64,000 nucleotides of DNA, taken from Nitrospirales bacterium. GTDB taxonomy: Bacteria > Nitrospirota > Nitrospiria > Nitrospirales > UBA8639. Positions 1 through 13,153 of this stretch are shown in pieces (the stretch's first letter is position 1; the number at the start of each line of letters is the position of its first letter). Below the pieces are notes generated by a model. That model saw only the letters and a list, made by a program, of their open reading frames with translations, was not told the DNA's origin and ran no database searches. The stretch lies in contig CBDBCZ010000010.1 of NCBI GenBank assembly GCA_965203295.1, forward strand, positions 32,001 to 96,000, read 5' to 3'. Position numbers and translations under genes: made by a program.

Positions 1-1636
1 TTAGTAGCCGTATACATGGCTACACCATGATCGTCACAGAAAGGATTAATCTCTTGCTTGAGCTGGTCTAATTCTGTGGGTGACAGAGGGCATTCAGTTT
101 CTGGAACTTCAACCACGTCATCAATACCCACTCCAGAAGGCCCGTTCCAATCAATACCATAGTCATCCTATATAAAAAAAAATTATGCTATGATTAACAC
201 AAAATCTATTTTAATACATGATTGGACAATGTCATTAAGGTGGTGTCTCACCCAAAGATATTTTGGATGTTTTCTCCAGGAAAACTGTAGGGGGTATGAA
301 GCTGAAAATGCAACCCATGTAGTGATCTCAATAAGAGCTTTTCAATGAACGCCTATGTACAGGGTAAATTTACCTTTCCAACAATTTTCTGGATGGGACA
401 CCACCTTCAAGGACTTACGGAAACCATTGTGGGATGCAGTATTCCTTGTATGGCATCATTATCACCTGTTCCTTCCGCCAGCCCTCCATACCATAGTTGA
501 AAAGGACTCCTGTTACCAGCACTCCGAAGCCTGTGATGGCTGTAACCTTCCCGAAAGGTGTCAAGGTGGTGGTTTATCCTTGGAAGAAATACATAATGGA
601 GACAAAAGAGATCTGAACTACTGGTAGGGTCAAGAATTCCATTAATTTCCAAGGAATAGAATAAAATGTAAAACAAGTGAATGCATCCTGTAAAAACATC
701 TCGCCACAATCGCTCAATGCGCTGGTTGTGCACACTTCGTCCTGCAATAAAACTGTGTCTTCCAGGACCTCGATCTGGATGCTGCAGCATGAATTCGGAC
801 ACCTTAACATTCTCGCCACCTTTGTCACACCTGACTCGTGATGGAAGACCATACTGTTCAACTGCTTTCGAAAAACAATCAAGGGCAGTCATAGCTCTGT
901 TATTGCTTGATGCTTTTAGATACACAGGCAATCTTGAAAAACCATCAATACCACAGTGCACAACAATTCGCCAACGAATTAGTTTGTGATGGCCATCAAT
1001 GAAGCTATTAGGCATTTGTACACTGTATTTTCTGCGCTGCAGTACTGCCCGAAATCTTTCTCTCATTCCTCGAGGATCAATTCTCCGCAAACTTTCTCGC
1101 ACTCTTTCACGTTGAATATGGATACCTCTTGAGCGCAAGAGGCCTTCTAAACTTCGTAACCCACTGTTTGGGTTGTTATGGTGGAAATCAGCTGTTATGC
1201 TATCTAAATCGCTATCACTGATGTCACTAAAGTCAGTTAAATTTTCTAGCCCATACTGAATAACTCTTCTCCGAACTGTTATTGGAGACACCATCAACAT
1301 ACGGGCAATATCAACTAACTTGAAATGGTGACCTAAAAGTAGAACCAGCTGATTCTCTGGAATATAAATTTGGGGTCGCCCCCTCACATGCTTTATGTTC
1401 TCCTGGTCAACTTCACTTTGCAAACACTTCACCACTTCACAAACAGCAGTACACAAACTATCACCTCCTGGAAGTAATTCCTCGACTATTAGTATGTCTC
1501 GCAGAACCAACTCTGCCCGAAGCAATAATGATTCCAGTATCCCCTCACCTTCAGATTCTGATCCAGTAGCTATTAAGCTAAGCGTACCCTCAATTTCATC
1601 CACAAAGTTTAGTAAATCAGACTGAAGTTGAGCCAT
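1..1636 (-). CDS. IS3EU-like DDE integrase-core transposase, two exons (about 1636-419 and 167 to <1; runs off window)
   Basis: 409-aa ORF with YSVQMPNS-FIDGHHKLIRWRIVVHCGIDGFSR, RVRCDKGGEN and GRSVHNQRIERLWRDV. GTAAGT donor at 418-413 and TAG acceptor at 170-168 lead into an exon reading DDYGIDWNGP...VEVP. The usual LWHID motif is shortened, so it may be damaged. Confidence 0.75.
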
Positions 1637-1754
1637 ACTGTAAAGTGTGCTTTATATAGAAAACCGGACGGCGGCATGGCAGTCACGTGGCGAAGGACTC
1701 AAAAGTCTCGCGATTAAAAAAACTCGGTGGCAGATGCGAAAACATGACAATTGG

Positions 1755-2150
1755 TCTATCGATTGCAAAAACTCAATACAAAGATCAAATCAACTCGATA
1801 AAAAAACTGGATGTAGAAACATCGATCGGTCATTGCATCGATAGAAAAACCTCGATCGATTTCAAAACATTGAGGAAAGAGTACATCGATTGCAAAAACT
1901 CGATACAAAGATCAAATCAACTCGATAGAAGAACTGGATGTAGAAACATCGGTCATTGGTAGATATATCGATAGAAAAACCTCGATCGATTTCAAAACTT
2001 CGAGGAAAGAGTACATCGCTTGCAAAAACTCGATGGAAAAACTGAGTGGCTGAGGCGAAAACGTGTCAGGACGGTTGCAATAACGCACGATCGCACGAAA
2101 ATGATGCCAGTAATACAGAAATTGATTTTTGTCCATAAATGGACACCATA
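1755..2150 (-). repeat. Subterminal repeats and probable terminus (TATGG... at 2150) of the IS3EU-like element
   Basis: Repeated ATCGATTGCAAAAACTC / ATCGATAGAAAAAC blocks at 1755-2035. The minus strand begins TATGGTGTCC at 2150, directly beside an unrelated repeat. Confidence 0.5.
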
Positions 2151-3101
2151 GTGTAGGGCTAAAGTTGGCATGGCATGACGTGTGTGCAGAATGTAGGTGT
2201 GTGTGAAGTACTCAAAAGACAAATCTGTTCAGTGCACAAACAGAAATCAGTGTGAGTCAGTCAACTCGCCAACTCGTGAGTAATGGTCCAGGCATGGTAT
2301 GTGTGTGTGTGCATTGTGTAGGTGTGTGCATGTGTAGGGCTAAAGTTGGCATGGCATGACGTGTGTGCAGAATGTAGGTGTGTGTGAAGTACTTAACCCT
2401 TTGAACGCGGCGAGCGTATATATACGCTCGAAAATTACTTCCGCATATCGCGGCGAGCGTATTAATACGCTCACCATAATAAATGCTACGGGTCAGACCC
2501 TTCCAATTTTATGGCACGCGTGACACTTTAGGGGGATAACCCTACGGTCTTTAGCAATCGATCTAAAGCTCCACCCCCGCCACAAGTCGTTCAAAGCATT
2601 CACTTGACGCTTAGTTGTGTAGCACAGTTAGTACGCGGCAAAGGCACGGGTAGCGTCTACAAGGCTTTTGAAGCCAAAAACGCCGAGTATGGCTGCAGTC
2701 AGAGCGCTAGGCCGTAAATACAGATCCAGCACTTAGTAACAGAACCGGCACGAAGTAACAGAAGCGACTCACCACTGGTGACAAACACACGAAAATGGCG
2801 ACTACCAAGGTTAGCTTTAGTGCTGCAGTTTGTATTCACTCTTCTGCAATAGCAGGGACTTTAGTAGACCAGCTACACACTAAACAACGATAGTTTTACA
2901 CTTTCTGGCTTCCAGTGTTGCCGTTTAGCACAGAAAATAGCCTACAACTCTACAAAACTGCGAGCACATGCACCGTAGACAAAAATTAAATTGGCTTCCG
3001 CATGACGCGGAAGTTATGAATAATCAAGTACCGCGCTCAAAGGGTTAAAAGACAAATCTGTTCAGTGCACAAACAGAAATCAGTGTGAGTCGGTCAACTC
3101 G
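2151..3101. repeat. Direct duplication of a ~125-bp unit (2151-2278; second copy 2332-2396 + 3049-3101, split by a MITE)
   Basis: GTGTAGGGCTAAAGTTGGCATGG...AAGACAAATCTGTTCAGTGCACAAAC occurs twice. Confidence 0.85.
2397..3044. mobile_element. Non-autonomous piggyBac-type MITE
   Basis: TTAA at 2393-2396 and 3045-3048; TIRs CCCTTTGAACGCGG / CCGCGCTCAAAGGG; duplicated subterminal palindrome GAGCGTAT..ATACGCTC. Confidence 0.9.
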
Positions 3102-4131
3102 TCAACATCTGCCTCCCTCATGGACTTACCCGACGCTCTCCGACAAACGGTAAGGAGTTGGAAGATGGCGCTTGCAGGGTCGAAGCTATACTCCTGTTCC
3201 TACAAGATCACTCGCAAGTCCGGCGATTCTAGCTGCCTGCCTCGCTAACCTAGCCTTGCCAAACTAACCGGATGTCAAAGGGAGTTGATTGAACTGGTAC
3301 TACCACGCCTTACGTGAACTTTTCCGGTTGCATTAAATTCTCCGTAATCTGACAAGTGGCCTGACGACTGTGTATATCACGTTCGAGAATTGGTTTGATC
3401 GTTATGAAGATTATGTTGTGGACCTGCGCGCTCGAAAATGAAGATCTTTTGTGCTACGATCACGGCAATCACTTGAACCAATTTTGAGCTAGCCTCGTTG
3501 AAGAAGAATAATAATAAGAAACCAGAATTAGAACGTTAACAAACTGGTAGTTCAGCCAGCTTCCAGTTTTCTACTTTAGCGAAGCTTTTGGCAACTTTGT
3601 GAGCCTTGTTGGTTGCAGAAACCCCCGAAAATGAAGGTTAGATACCTATAAAAGCTTAAAGCTTAGTTTTTGCAGAGATTTGGAAATATTGATTTTATAT
3701 TGCGTATATGGAATGTCCGTGCCATCCCTACATAGAGTACAGTGCGCTCTCTCGAGCTCTGCAGTCCAGTTTACGGCATTTTATTATTTGTACGCATGCG
3801 CGGAGATTGTCACATGACATGCACTTGGCAACCAGAGATCGTCATCGTGTGCTTTGTTTCACTGGAGTGTTTTCCTTCGGCAACTGCATCAGTGAACTTA
3901 TTCATGCGGCTGGAATAATTATTTTCAACACTTAGAGTGCACCTTTTTACCAAGGTGAGTAGCTATTATAAGAACTTACTCGTGTCAATATAAAGACAGT
4001 TAGCCCAACTACGTATGTGCGTTAAATAGAGTATGGACGCATACAGCTAGGCTGGCTACATCTTCACTGGGTGAGAAAGCCTCCGTACCTCACTCAAATA
4101 AATCTAGCCAAGGAAAGCCTGGGTATGAAGC

Positions 4132-4473
4132 ATTCTCATGGTCTAGACTCACTTGGGGGGAGGAGTGAGTCTGAGAGCTTCCATGTCAACTACAAGACTA
4201 AAAGTGATTACCGCAACATGAGAGTAAATGGCATTTCTTCTGCTGGATAGAAGTTCAGCTATTTACAACTAAAGCCCAAACAGAAAATTGTGGTCGAGGC
4301 ATTAGATCTAGTGCCATAGCAAGCTGATCGCTGCTGTGTGGTTAGTATTAGTTATTACTTATTAATTCTGCATTCTTTACACGCGACCAGTCTGGATTCT
4401 TCCATGGCACAGAATGCTGTCCGTAGTGTCCAGACTCACTCCTCCCCCCGAGTGAGTCTGGCCCGTGAGATTG
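4132..4473. mobile_element. Degenerate MITE with ~40-bp inverted ends (Academ-like)
   Basis: AGACTCACTTGGGGGGAGGAGTGAGTCTG (about 4145-4172) is the inverse of CAGACTCACTCCTCCCCCCGAGTGAGTCTGG (about 4430-4461). Confidence 0.55.
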
Positions 4474-4953
4474 CTACTCTTACCTGTATTCCTAAGAAAA
4501 ATTCACAAGTTGGGGTGTCCAGGATAACTTTACCTCTGTCTCTGAAACTTTCTGTCTGCGTTTTCAGGTACCATGAACTGCTTTTCCTTACTTGTTATCT
4601 ATTGTCTTTACCTTTGGCAGTGCGCTCGGCTCGTTATGCATCTTAAGATAGAGTTTCAAATAGAGGTGGAGGTTTTTTTAGGGGGAGGGAGATGCCCCTA
4701 GATCTCCTTAGAATGATGTCTGGTGTTCAAAACAAAAGCCCCTTGCCCCCCCACAAAGAAAAATTCCTGTATAAAACCCTGATCTATACTATGACAACCA
4801 AAAATAATCTACAAACAGAAAATTTTAAGAAGAACCTTTAGGGATGGAGTGCCTGTCATGTAACAACTTATTTCATCAACTGGTATAATTATAACTTGTA
4901 TTTAATGTTATACTATGAATTATTTATTACTGATTCTAAAAAAAACTAAAGAA

Positions 4954-5738
4954 ACAAGAAAATGAAAAAATTTAAAAAAAATTAAAAAGATGTAGGGATG
5001 GAGTGCCAAAAAGCAGGAAAACAAGGGTAGGGATAGCGTGAACGTAACATACACAGCCCCATCCCTACATCTTTTTCACATGTCAACTGCAGTGATGGCC
5101 TAATTACTTCTTAATGGTCCTTCCTGTAGGCAGCACTGAGAAGGGGGTGGCCATGGATGTGTATTGAAATTTAAGCTGTGTATGTAATTTTCAGCTTATT
5201 TCCAGCCTCCTTAGTACCCAGACATACTTTTGTACGAGACGCACCAAACAGTAGCTCCTGCATTTCAGAATCTATGTACAATCATGCATTGTACAGTGTG
5301 TTTATACAAGCAAACATACACACAGTGTATATCCATGCAGGCTTATTAGTACTCGGAATGTACATGCAAACATCCACACAGTGTGTACATCCTCATTAGT
5401 ACCCCACTTAAAAAAATATGTATCAATATAACATACAACATAGGCATAATTATACTTCAGAAATGATACAATTTACTGTTTCAACTGGTATACATGCATG
5501 TAGCTGTGAAATATATCAGCAAATCGTGCAAAGAGGGTTGGCCGGTGCAAGTTGCCACTGGTTAATTGGGTATGACACAATAATATCGCAACACTACGGT
5601 TGCAGTGACATGTGAAAAAGATGTAGGGATGGGGCTGTGTATGTTGCGTTCCTGCTATCCCTACCCTTGTTTTCTTGCTTTTTGGCACTCCATCCCTACA
5701 TCTTTTTAAATTTTTTTAAATTTTTTTCATTTTCTTGT
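4954..5738. repeat. Inverted-repeat pair (4954-5084 / 5606-5738) with internal TGTAGGGATG...CATCCCTACA palindrome
   Basis: The two ~130-bp arms are near-perfect reverse complements around a ~520-bp spacer. Confidence 0.85.
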
Positions 5739-5944
5739 ACATGTATGATCCTGCAATTTCAGACAGTGGTCCAGACTACATGTATGATCTGCAATTTCAG
5801 ACAGTGGTCCAGACTTGACTACCAGCACGTTTACCAAGACACGTGATCTTTGTTCTAGGCCTTGGATCATATCAAAACTAGTCATTAGGCTGAAAATAGT
5901 TACCAGAGACAGTCCTTTGGTAATTCCATGGATGCCTTCTGACT

Positions 5945-6335
5945 TTAGCTACTATGATCCTGGCACCGTACTTTAGTACGATCCTAGGATCATCCTAGGA
6001 TTGTTCCCTGAATCGATCCTTGGATGATTGTAAGGACGATAATTAGGGAACCTCTGGACTTATGCTATCACTGTACTTCAGGATGATGCACCTAAGCATG
6101 ATAACTAGGGATCCTTCGGACGCACGCTATCACTGTATTTCTGTATGTTCCTGGAATCATCCTAAGATGATAACTAGGGATCCTCCAGACTTATGCTATC
6201 ACTATGATTCTGGGATCATCCTAGGATTGGTCCCTCAATCGATCCTTCTGTCATCTGGACTTATGCTATCACTGTACTTCAGTATGATCATGGGATCGTG
6301 GGATTATCCTAGGATTAGTCCCTGAATCGGTCTTT
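5945..6335. repeat. Degenerate tandem repeat (GATCATCCTAGGAT / GACTTATGCTATCACT motifs)
   Basis: Motifs recur several times with divergence. Confidence 0.6.
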
Positions 6336-7343
6336 AAATCATCCATATAGACAAGGAGTATTCATGAATCATGAGCGTGAATTAACGTGGCACTTTTTTA
6401 AACTTAGATTACGATAATACCCGTTAATTCCAGTTTCCTTTTTTCTGCTTGTTATCTGAACACGTCCACCTCCTTTTTAGTTGGGTCCAGTAGTCACATC
6501 AAAGCATCACTGAAAACCCTTCTCTCAAATCCCAGGTCACCTAAGCTGTACATGTAGTAAGGTAAGCAAGCATGCATGGATATCAGGCTTTACACCAACT
6601 TAACAGCTGGTGTTCTCATGTGTATCATCACTAATTATTAGTGACAAATACTACCCAATTATGCTGTAGTGTAAACATTACAACTCAAACTTAATGGCAA
6701 AACACACTTTTACACATTACATGTAACTTGAGAGTCTAGGGCTGCTAAGGGAACTCAACTGAAGGGATGGTGGGCGAACAATTAAATAGGCATTTGAAGT
6801 CGCCTTACTGTGCATTGTTCTTTGAAGGCTCCCGAAACCCTTTGACAACGTAGAAAATAGATTGGTTGTGGCGGTAGATAAAACTTCCCTTGGAGAGTGT
6901 GCATTTGATGTTTGTCGGCGCCAATGGTTTGCGTTGCAACATAACTACTATATTACCCACCCCATGATTAAAAATTACTATTTTAACACCTTTCACGTAG
7001 GTAATCTGTGGTAATACCTTAGATGGTGTGCTCATTTTGGAGTTACTTCCTGCACAGTAGTGTGAGTGATTTGTGACCATAATCTTTGGAAAGAGTTGCC
7101 GAGGACAAGCGGTATGCTACATTACGCATTTAAACTTTTTTGGTATAGCTCCTGTGGTACTTCATGTACAAATTCTGCAGTACAGTATGGACTGATGCAT
7201 ACGTTTGATATTTCAGAAACCCTTTAGGGCTCCTTAGCGCCAATGGTTGCAGGTAACATTAGTTCATTACTTGACAATAGCGACAATAGTCGCGCAATGC
7301 GAGTACGTACCTCTTACCGTCTGTAATTCAAGTGATGTTTTCC

Positions 7344-7543
7344 TGTTATGGAACTTAAATTCCTTCTTTGTCTATCACTGAATGCGTCTGAGATCACTCA
7401 TTTATTGCATTGTCATTACATCATTGTGATCACGTGATTGTAAGAGTCAGATTAATGAAGTTTTGTGAACACGTGTGGTGCAGCTAGCAGAAGAATCCTG
7501 CATGATCGCCTCCACGGAGAGTGATACGGTAGCACCCATTACG
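7344..7543 (+). repeat. 5' LTR of the BEL/Pao element
   Basis: TGTTATGGAACTTAAATTCC...CCCATTACG; about 12 differences from 31168-31365 by manual alignment. Confidence 0.92.
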
Positions 7544-7561
7544 TGGTCCTTCAAGCCAGAT
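7544..7561 (+). promoter_or_regulatory. Primer-binding site, probably tRNA-Tyr
   Basis: TGGTCCTTCAAGCCAGAT directly follows the LTR and differs at 2 positions from TGGTCCTTCGAGCCGGAT, the complement of the eukaryotic tRNA-Tyr 3' end. Confidence 0.75.
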
Positions 7562-10500
7562 GGAGTCTCTTTCGAACGGGGCTACTAGTGTCCCTCTACT
7601 CTTTTAGCCGAATCGCTGAAGTGAATCGGAAGTAGGATTCTATTTCGTGCCCACCCATGTTTGAACTGTCGAGAAAGAAGTGCGTTCGTGCAGGACTGCT
7701 GGCTGGGGACTCTCCCGACGTCTCGAAGTTGTCCCGACTCAAGCTAAGCCTGAACGAGAAACTCGAAGTGTTGAAGCAGTTGGACAGCGAGATCCTGGCC
7801 CTGGTCGAAGAGGGTGATGTGGCAGGGAAGATTGAACAGTCTGACGAGTTTAAAGAAGGCATTTATGCAGCCATGATGGGAGCTGACCAAGCCCTAGCAA
7901 TTCCCACTCCGCTCGCCCCAAGGAGTCCAGCAACCGTGCCGGCTCCTCTCCAGTAAGCAGCAAGGTGAAGCCCCCAAAACTTACGCTACAGCCCTTCGAC
8001 AGTGAGTTGACAGTATGGACCCCTTTCTGGGACTCCTTTAAGGCTGCAGTTCATGACAATCGGGCGTTGTCTGATATCGATAAGTTTAACTATCTCCGGG
8101 GTTTGCTTCCACTATCTCCGGGGTTTGCTTCAGCGCACAGCGCTGGAGGCCATTTCTAGGCTGGCCCTCACGGCTGCAAACTACCGGGAGGCAGTCTCAA
8201 TTTTGGAGGAGCGGTTTGGAATCAAACCGCAAATTTTTGCCAAACACATGGATGTCCTCATCCACGTGGATGCGGTTAGCTCCCCTCACAACGTCAAGGG
8301 CCTTCGGCACCTGTATGACCTCGTTGAGTCAAATGTACGTAGCTTCAGGGCCTTAGGAATCAGCTTCCTACGGCAGCCTCCTTGCTTCCGTGCTCATCGC
8401 CAAGATTCCCCAAGAGTTGCAACTTATTGTGAGCAGGAAGATGGGCAGTGACGACTGGAATGTTGATGCCTTGATGATCACTCTGGGAGAAGAACTCCAA
8501 GCTCGAGAGAGGACGACAGCGGTATCCGTGCCCAGTGGGAAGAATTGCAAGGAGCCAGCAACAGCAGCAGCGCTGTTGACGGGAGGTAGTAACAGGATAA
8601 CCTGCTCCTACTGCCAACAAGACCATACCTCCAACTCGTGTGGGGTCGTCTCGCCGCCCCATGCTAGGAAGCAGGTGCTGCAGAAGTCAGGACGATGTTT
8701 TGTGTGTCTACGGCAAGGCCACATCAGTCGGGAATGCAGCTCTCACAAGAGGTGCGCCAAATGCGGTGGCCGGCATCACATCAGCAATTTGCCTGAGAGG
8801 CACCAACTCCCAGCCAACCCGGAGTGGCATCACTGCCTCCAGACAGGTGAAGACGGACCACCCCATTGAGGCCTCGACTCAATCTTGACCAGAACCCCCT
8901 GCTGCTCAGCGATCTGGACTCAACCATGGAGCTCCTGCCTTTCGGTCACCAGAGCATCGTTCGACTTCACTTTGGAACAACTCTGGCAGGACTGTCCTGC
9001 TGTAGACTGCGCAGGCACAAGTTTTCAACCCGACCTCCCCATCTCAGTCTCGACGAGTGAGAATAGTCCTTGTCAGCGGCAGTCAATGGTCGTATGTCAC
9101 AGAGCACGTTGCAAGAGAGCTTTCGCTCACTCCAGAGGGGGAGCAGCCAATGACCATCATGACCTTTGGCTCGAGCGAGGAGTGTTCCCAGGTGAGTGAA
9201 CGCGTGAGGCTTAGCCTCACGCTGAACAGCGGTCAGTTAAAGCAGCTGATGCTTTTCACTGTCCCCCTCATATGCAAACCCATCCGGTATCCATCTGCCA
9301 AGACAGCTTTGATCACCTTATGGGCCTTGACCTTGCTGACCCTGCCGACGGCCAATCTCCACTGGAAATCGACATTCTGGTTGGATCAGATCAGTACTGG
9401 GAATTGACAACCAGCGAGACTCAACGGACACGATCGGGACCAGTTGCAATCAACACGGAGCTCGGATGGATCCTGTCTGGCCCGGCTATGCCTCCTGATC
9501 AGATTCAACCCCTCACCTCTCTCATGGCGCACACCTTGCGTGTTGATGGCCTGCCACTGACAGATCAAGCCTTGGATGATAGCCTCAAGTCCCTCTGGGA
9601 TCTGGACTCTTTCGGAATCTCTTCTCGCTCTGATATTAATCTGTCGGTCCATGAAAGTTTTGAAGATTCAGTCTGCTTCATTGATGGGAGATATGAGGTC
9701 GAACTCCCGTGAAAGAATGCACACCCCCCTTTAGCTGACCACTACAATCTTTCTTTGAAGCGTCTGCGGGGGTTGATCCGAAGGCTTCGGCATGACCCAG
9801 ATGTGCTACAAGAGTACGATGCAACCATCAAGGATCAAATTCAGCGAGGGATTGTCGAACCCGTGGAGGAGTCGTCTGGTGAATTCTGCAACAAGACACA
9901 TTATCTGCCACATTACGCCATCATTCGAAGGGACAAGGAAACCACCAAGATTCGTGTTGTGTACGACGCCTCGGCACAATCGGACGAGCCATCCCTCAAT
10001 GACTTCCTCCATGCCGGCTCAAAATGCGACCATAGAATTCTGGATAACTCGCTGCGGTTTTGCGTGCACCGGGTAGCAGTCACTGCCGACATAGAGAAGG
10101 CCTTTCTCGTGGTTGCCATCGCAAAGAAAAGGATCGCGATGTTTTGCGCTTTCTGTGGTTTGATGACGCATTTTCAGACCAGCCGAACCTCGTTCAGTTG
10201 TGATTCGCCCGAGTGGTGTTCAGAGTGTCGTCCAGCCTATTTCTTTTGAATGCAACAATACGACACTATCTCGAGCGGTACAAGACAGTACAGCCAAGGC
10301 TAGTGGAGAAGCTTTCAAGGGCAGCCTACATTGACGACATGGTCACTGGAGCGGATAACGAAGAGGAAGCCCACCAGCTGTTCATCAAGTCTAAGGAGAT
10401 GCTGAAGGAAGGAGGATTCAATATGCGGAAATTCCGCTCCAATTCGACCCGTCTGCAGATGAAAGTCGAGGGCCAAGAGATGCTGGACGAATGTGCATCC

Positions 10501-11825
10501 ACCTGCGCCGATGAAACCTACGTTAGTTCAACCCTTGGCAACGGGCAGTTGGTACACAATGGAGAGAGGAAGGTGCTTGGTATTCGCTGGGACCTGGCCA
10601 CTGACCAGCTGGTCATGAGTTTGGAAGATGTAGCCTCTGCAGCATCAAACCCTGAACCTACGAAGAGAGCCATCGTCAGTCTTGTGGGCAGGATGTACAA
10701 CCCTTTGGGTTTCCTGTCGCCGATTGTGGTTCAACTGAAGATATTCATACGGGGGCTGTGTGAGGCAAAGCTGACTTGGGACCAACAGCTGACTGGCCAA
10801 CCACTCGAGAGATGGCACCACCTGTCATCGAAATTGCTTGAAGCGAGACCCTTTCTGAAACCCTGCTGCTATTTGGCTGGTATCTATGAGCAAGTGATCT
10901 CTTACAGACTCTACAGCTTCTGTGATGCATCGCTCAAGGCCTACACGGCCGTTGTTTACCTGCTGTTGGAGACTCATTCTGGGCGACATGTCAGAATCAC
11001 AGCATCCAAAACACGAGTTTCGCCTCTCAAGACTCAGACAATTCCCAGGCTAGAATTGCTCTTGGCGCTACCCCTAGCAAGGCTCAAGGATACCTTCACT
11101 CAAGCACTTGAGAGCGAGTTGCCTCTCTGTGACCCACTCTGACTCCACTGTCACAATCTGCTGGATTCAAGGAGTGGAGAAGATCTGGAAGCCATTCGTC
11201 CAGAATCGAGTCTTGGAGATTCGGAAGCTCCTGCCTCCAAAGTGTTGGGTACATGACATCCCGTCAAGAGGAAACACTCCACAACAACTGGCTGACTCTC
11301 AGCTCTGCATGAACGAGCCCGAATGCCTCAAAACTGGCGAGCTGAGTGGACCTTCAGAACTTCAGATGCCTGCAGGGTGCCAAGTTGAGATGAAGGCCGA
11401 CAGGGCTGAGACAGCACATGGGCTGCTGGCTTCAGTAAAACCAGCAGGCCTACGGAAGGTAATGCAAGGTGAGAACTTCAGCTCATTTTGCCGCCTGGTG
11501 GCCGTCACTGCCAACGTGCTGAAGTTCTTCCGCCTCCTTCTCAACGTGGTACGTTCGAGTGCAACCACCGCTGCTTCAGATGACCTAGCCACAGCCCAGG
11601 CTTACCTGGGTGGTAGAGTCCCAGCAACAAGTCTTAGTGTGAGACAAGAATTTCACCCAATGGAAAAAGCAGTTTTCCCTATTCCAGGATGACCATAAGA
11701 TCTGGCGATGTGGGGACCGTATTCAGAACGCTGGCCTGCCTTTCTCAGCTAAACACCCTGCACTGCTCACCAAGGATCAATTCCTTGCTGCACTGCTTGT
11801 TAAGAGACCCCATCCAAGAGTTCTC
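7560..11825 (+). pseudogene. BEL/Pao gag-pol, 5' part (Gag with zinc knuckles, aspartic protease, RT, RNase H/peptidase A17 region), frameshifted
   Basis: Fragments WTPFWDSFKAAVHDN..LSDIDKFNYL, CSYCQQDH / CFVCLRQGH / CAKCGGRHH, IDILVGSDQYW, YLPHYAI..TTKIRVVYDAS, ADIEKAF, YIDD, FCDASLKAY, TIPRLEL. Confidence 0.92.
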
Positions 11826-12419
11826 TAGCCTCGTTCCCAGGCTCCACCCCCCAGCTTTAATCGCAAAGTGGAAAAAAGCGGGCAGGGAGCCTGGTACATT
11901 TCGTCACGCGACATGCGTCAGCGCCGTGACGTAGGGTGTGTGGTTTGGTGTGTGGTTTTGTTAATCCGATTACGCGTGACGTGTACCGTCGCGCGCGCTC
12001 GTGTTCGACAACGGTGAATGCAATAGTGACCAAGCATCTCAAGCCTGGGCAAGAGTCTATACAACAGCTAAGATACAGTGGTCCATTTGATTTGCGAACA
12101 GTTGAATTCGGCCATCCCTGTAGTTTCGAAGTCAGATGAGCGCGACCAAGCGCTAAGCAGGAACTTCAAGAAACAGCTGGGGAAGTTGAAGAGCCAGCCG
12201 TCCATAATTTTGATGCAAGGCGAAACAAAAGCGAGGTTAGCACACAGTTACTGTGTTTTTGCACTTGTATAAGGCTTATAGCATAGTAAAAATTCTTGTG
12301 TGTATAATTTTGTTAGTAAACAAACTTTGGCCACATGGTCTCTATCACGAGATTCACGACCGGTATGTGGTTTGCTTTGAAAAAGCGCGGCAACCACGTG
12401 GACCCAGCGTATAGCTAAG

Positions 12420-13153
12420 ATGAACACTGAAGGATCCACACTTTGCAATTCTGCATGTTTCCTTGCTACTGGGCAAGCAGGAGCTGCCAGTACTCAACAG
12501 CTCGCTGCATGCACGGCCTATTGCAGCATTATGCTGACTCTGATTGCTGTATGGCACTATGCTGCTCTGAGGCCTGGGCAGCTTGAAGCAGTATTGCTGA
12601 TACTCCATGGGCGTGATGCCTTTGTCCGGATGGCCACAGGAGCTGGGAAGTCTTTATGTATCTTTCTGGCACCCTTGGCAGGAAGGTCTGATGGCATGGC
12701 TGTAGTCATTAGTCCCCTAAATGGCTTAATGGACGAGCAGGTATGCATGTCATGACATACACTATACTGCTTAGAGTTTCGAATTTCATGGAAATGTTCA
12801 CTTTCAAGATTCTCAGATTGGCACAAGTGGGTATTCCAGCTGTTCGGGTCACTGGGTGACACAGACGGACAAGGACACTTGTACCGTTGTATGAAACAGC
12901 TGTTAACCCTCCGTGGCGTCACTTTTTTGCGAGTAAGCATTTCCAGGAGCATGCGGTGCTGGTGGCAGTGGACGAGGCACACCTCATTCATGAATGGTTA
13001 GACGGTGCCTCTCTGCCTGTAAATATATTTGTAATTATAGTAATGTTGCTTACGGATTTCAGGGGACCTGACTTTCGAAAAGCTTTTAAGCGCATCGGAG
13101 GCCTGAGAGCTTTGACTAAGGTCCCCTTCATGTGCTTAACTGCAACTCCACTC
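12420..13153 (+). pseudogene. RecQ-family SF2 helicase of the AcademH element, N-terminal exons
   Basis: LRPGQLEA..GRDAFVRMATGAGKSLC, VVISPLNGLMDEQ, VAVDEAHLIHEW, GPDFRKAF, PFMCLTAT; short GT-AG introns. Confidence 0.88.

Noticed and set aside
6805..7080. Possible host exon or ORF upstream of the LTR
   Set aside because: Short, no recognisable motif and no supported splice partners.
7544..7561. tRNA gene
   Set aside because: Only an 18-nt complement of a tRNA 3' end (PBS); no cloverleaf.
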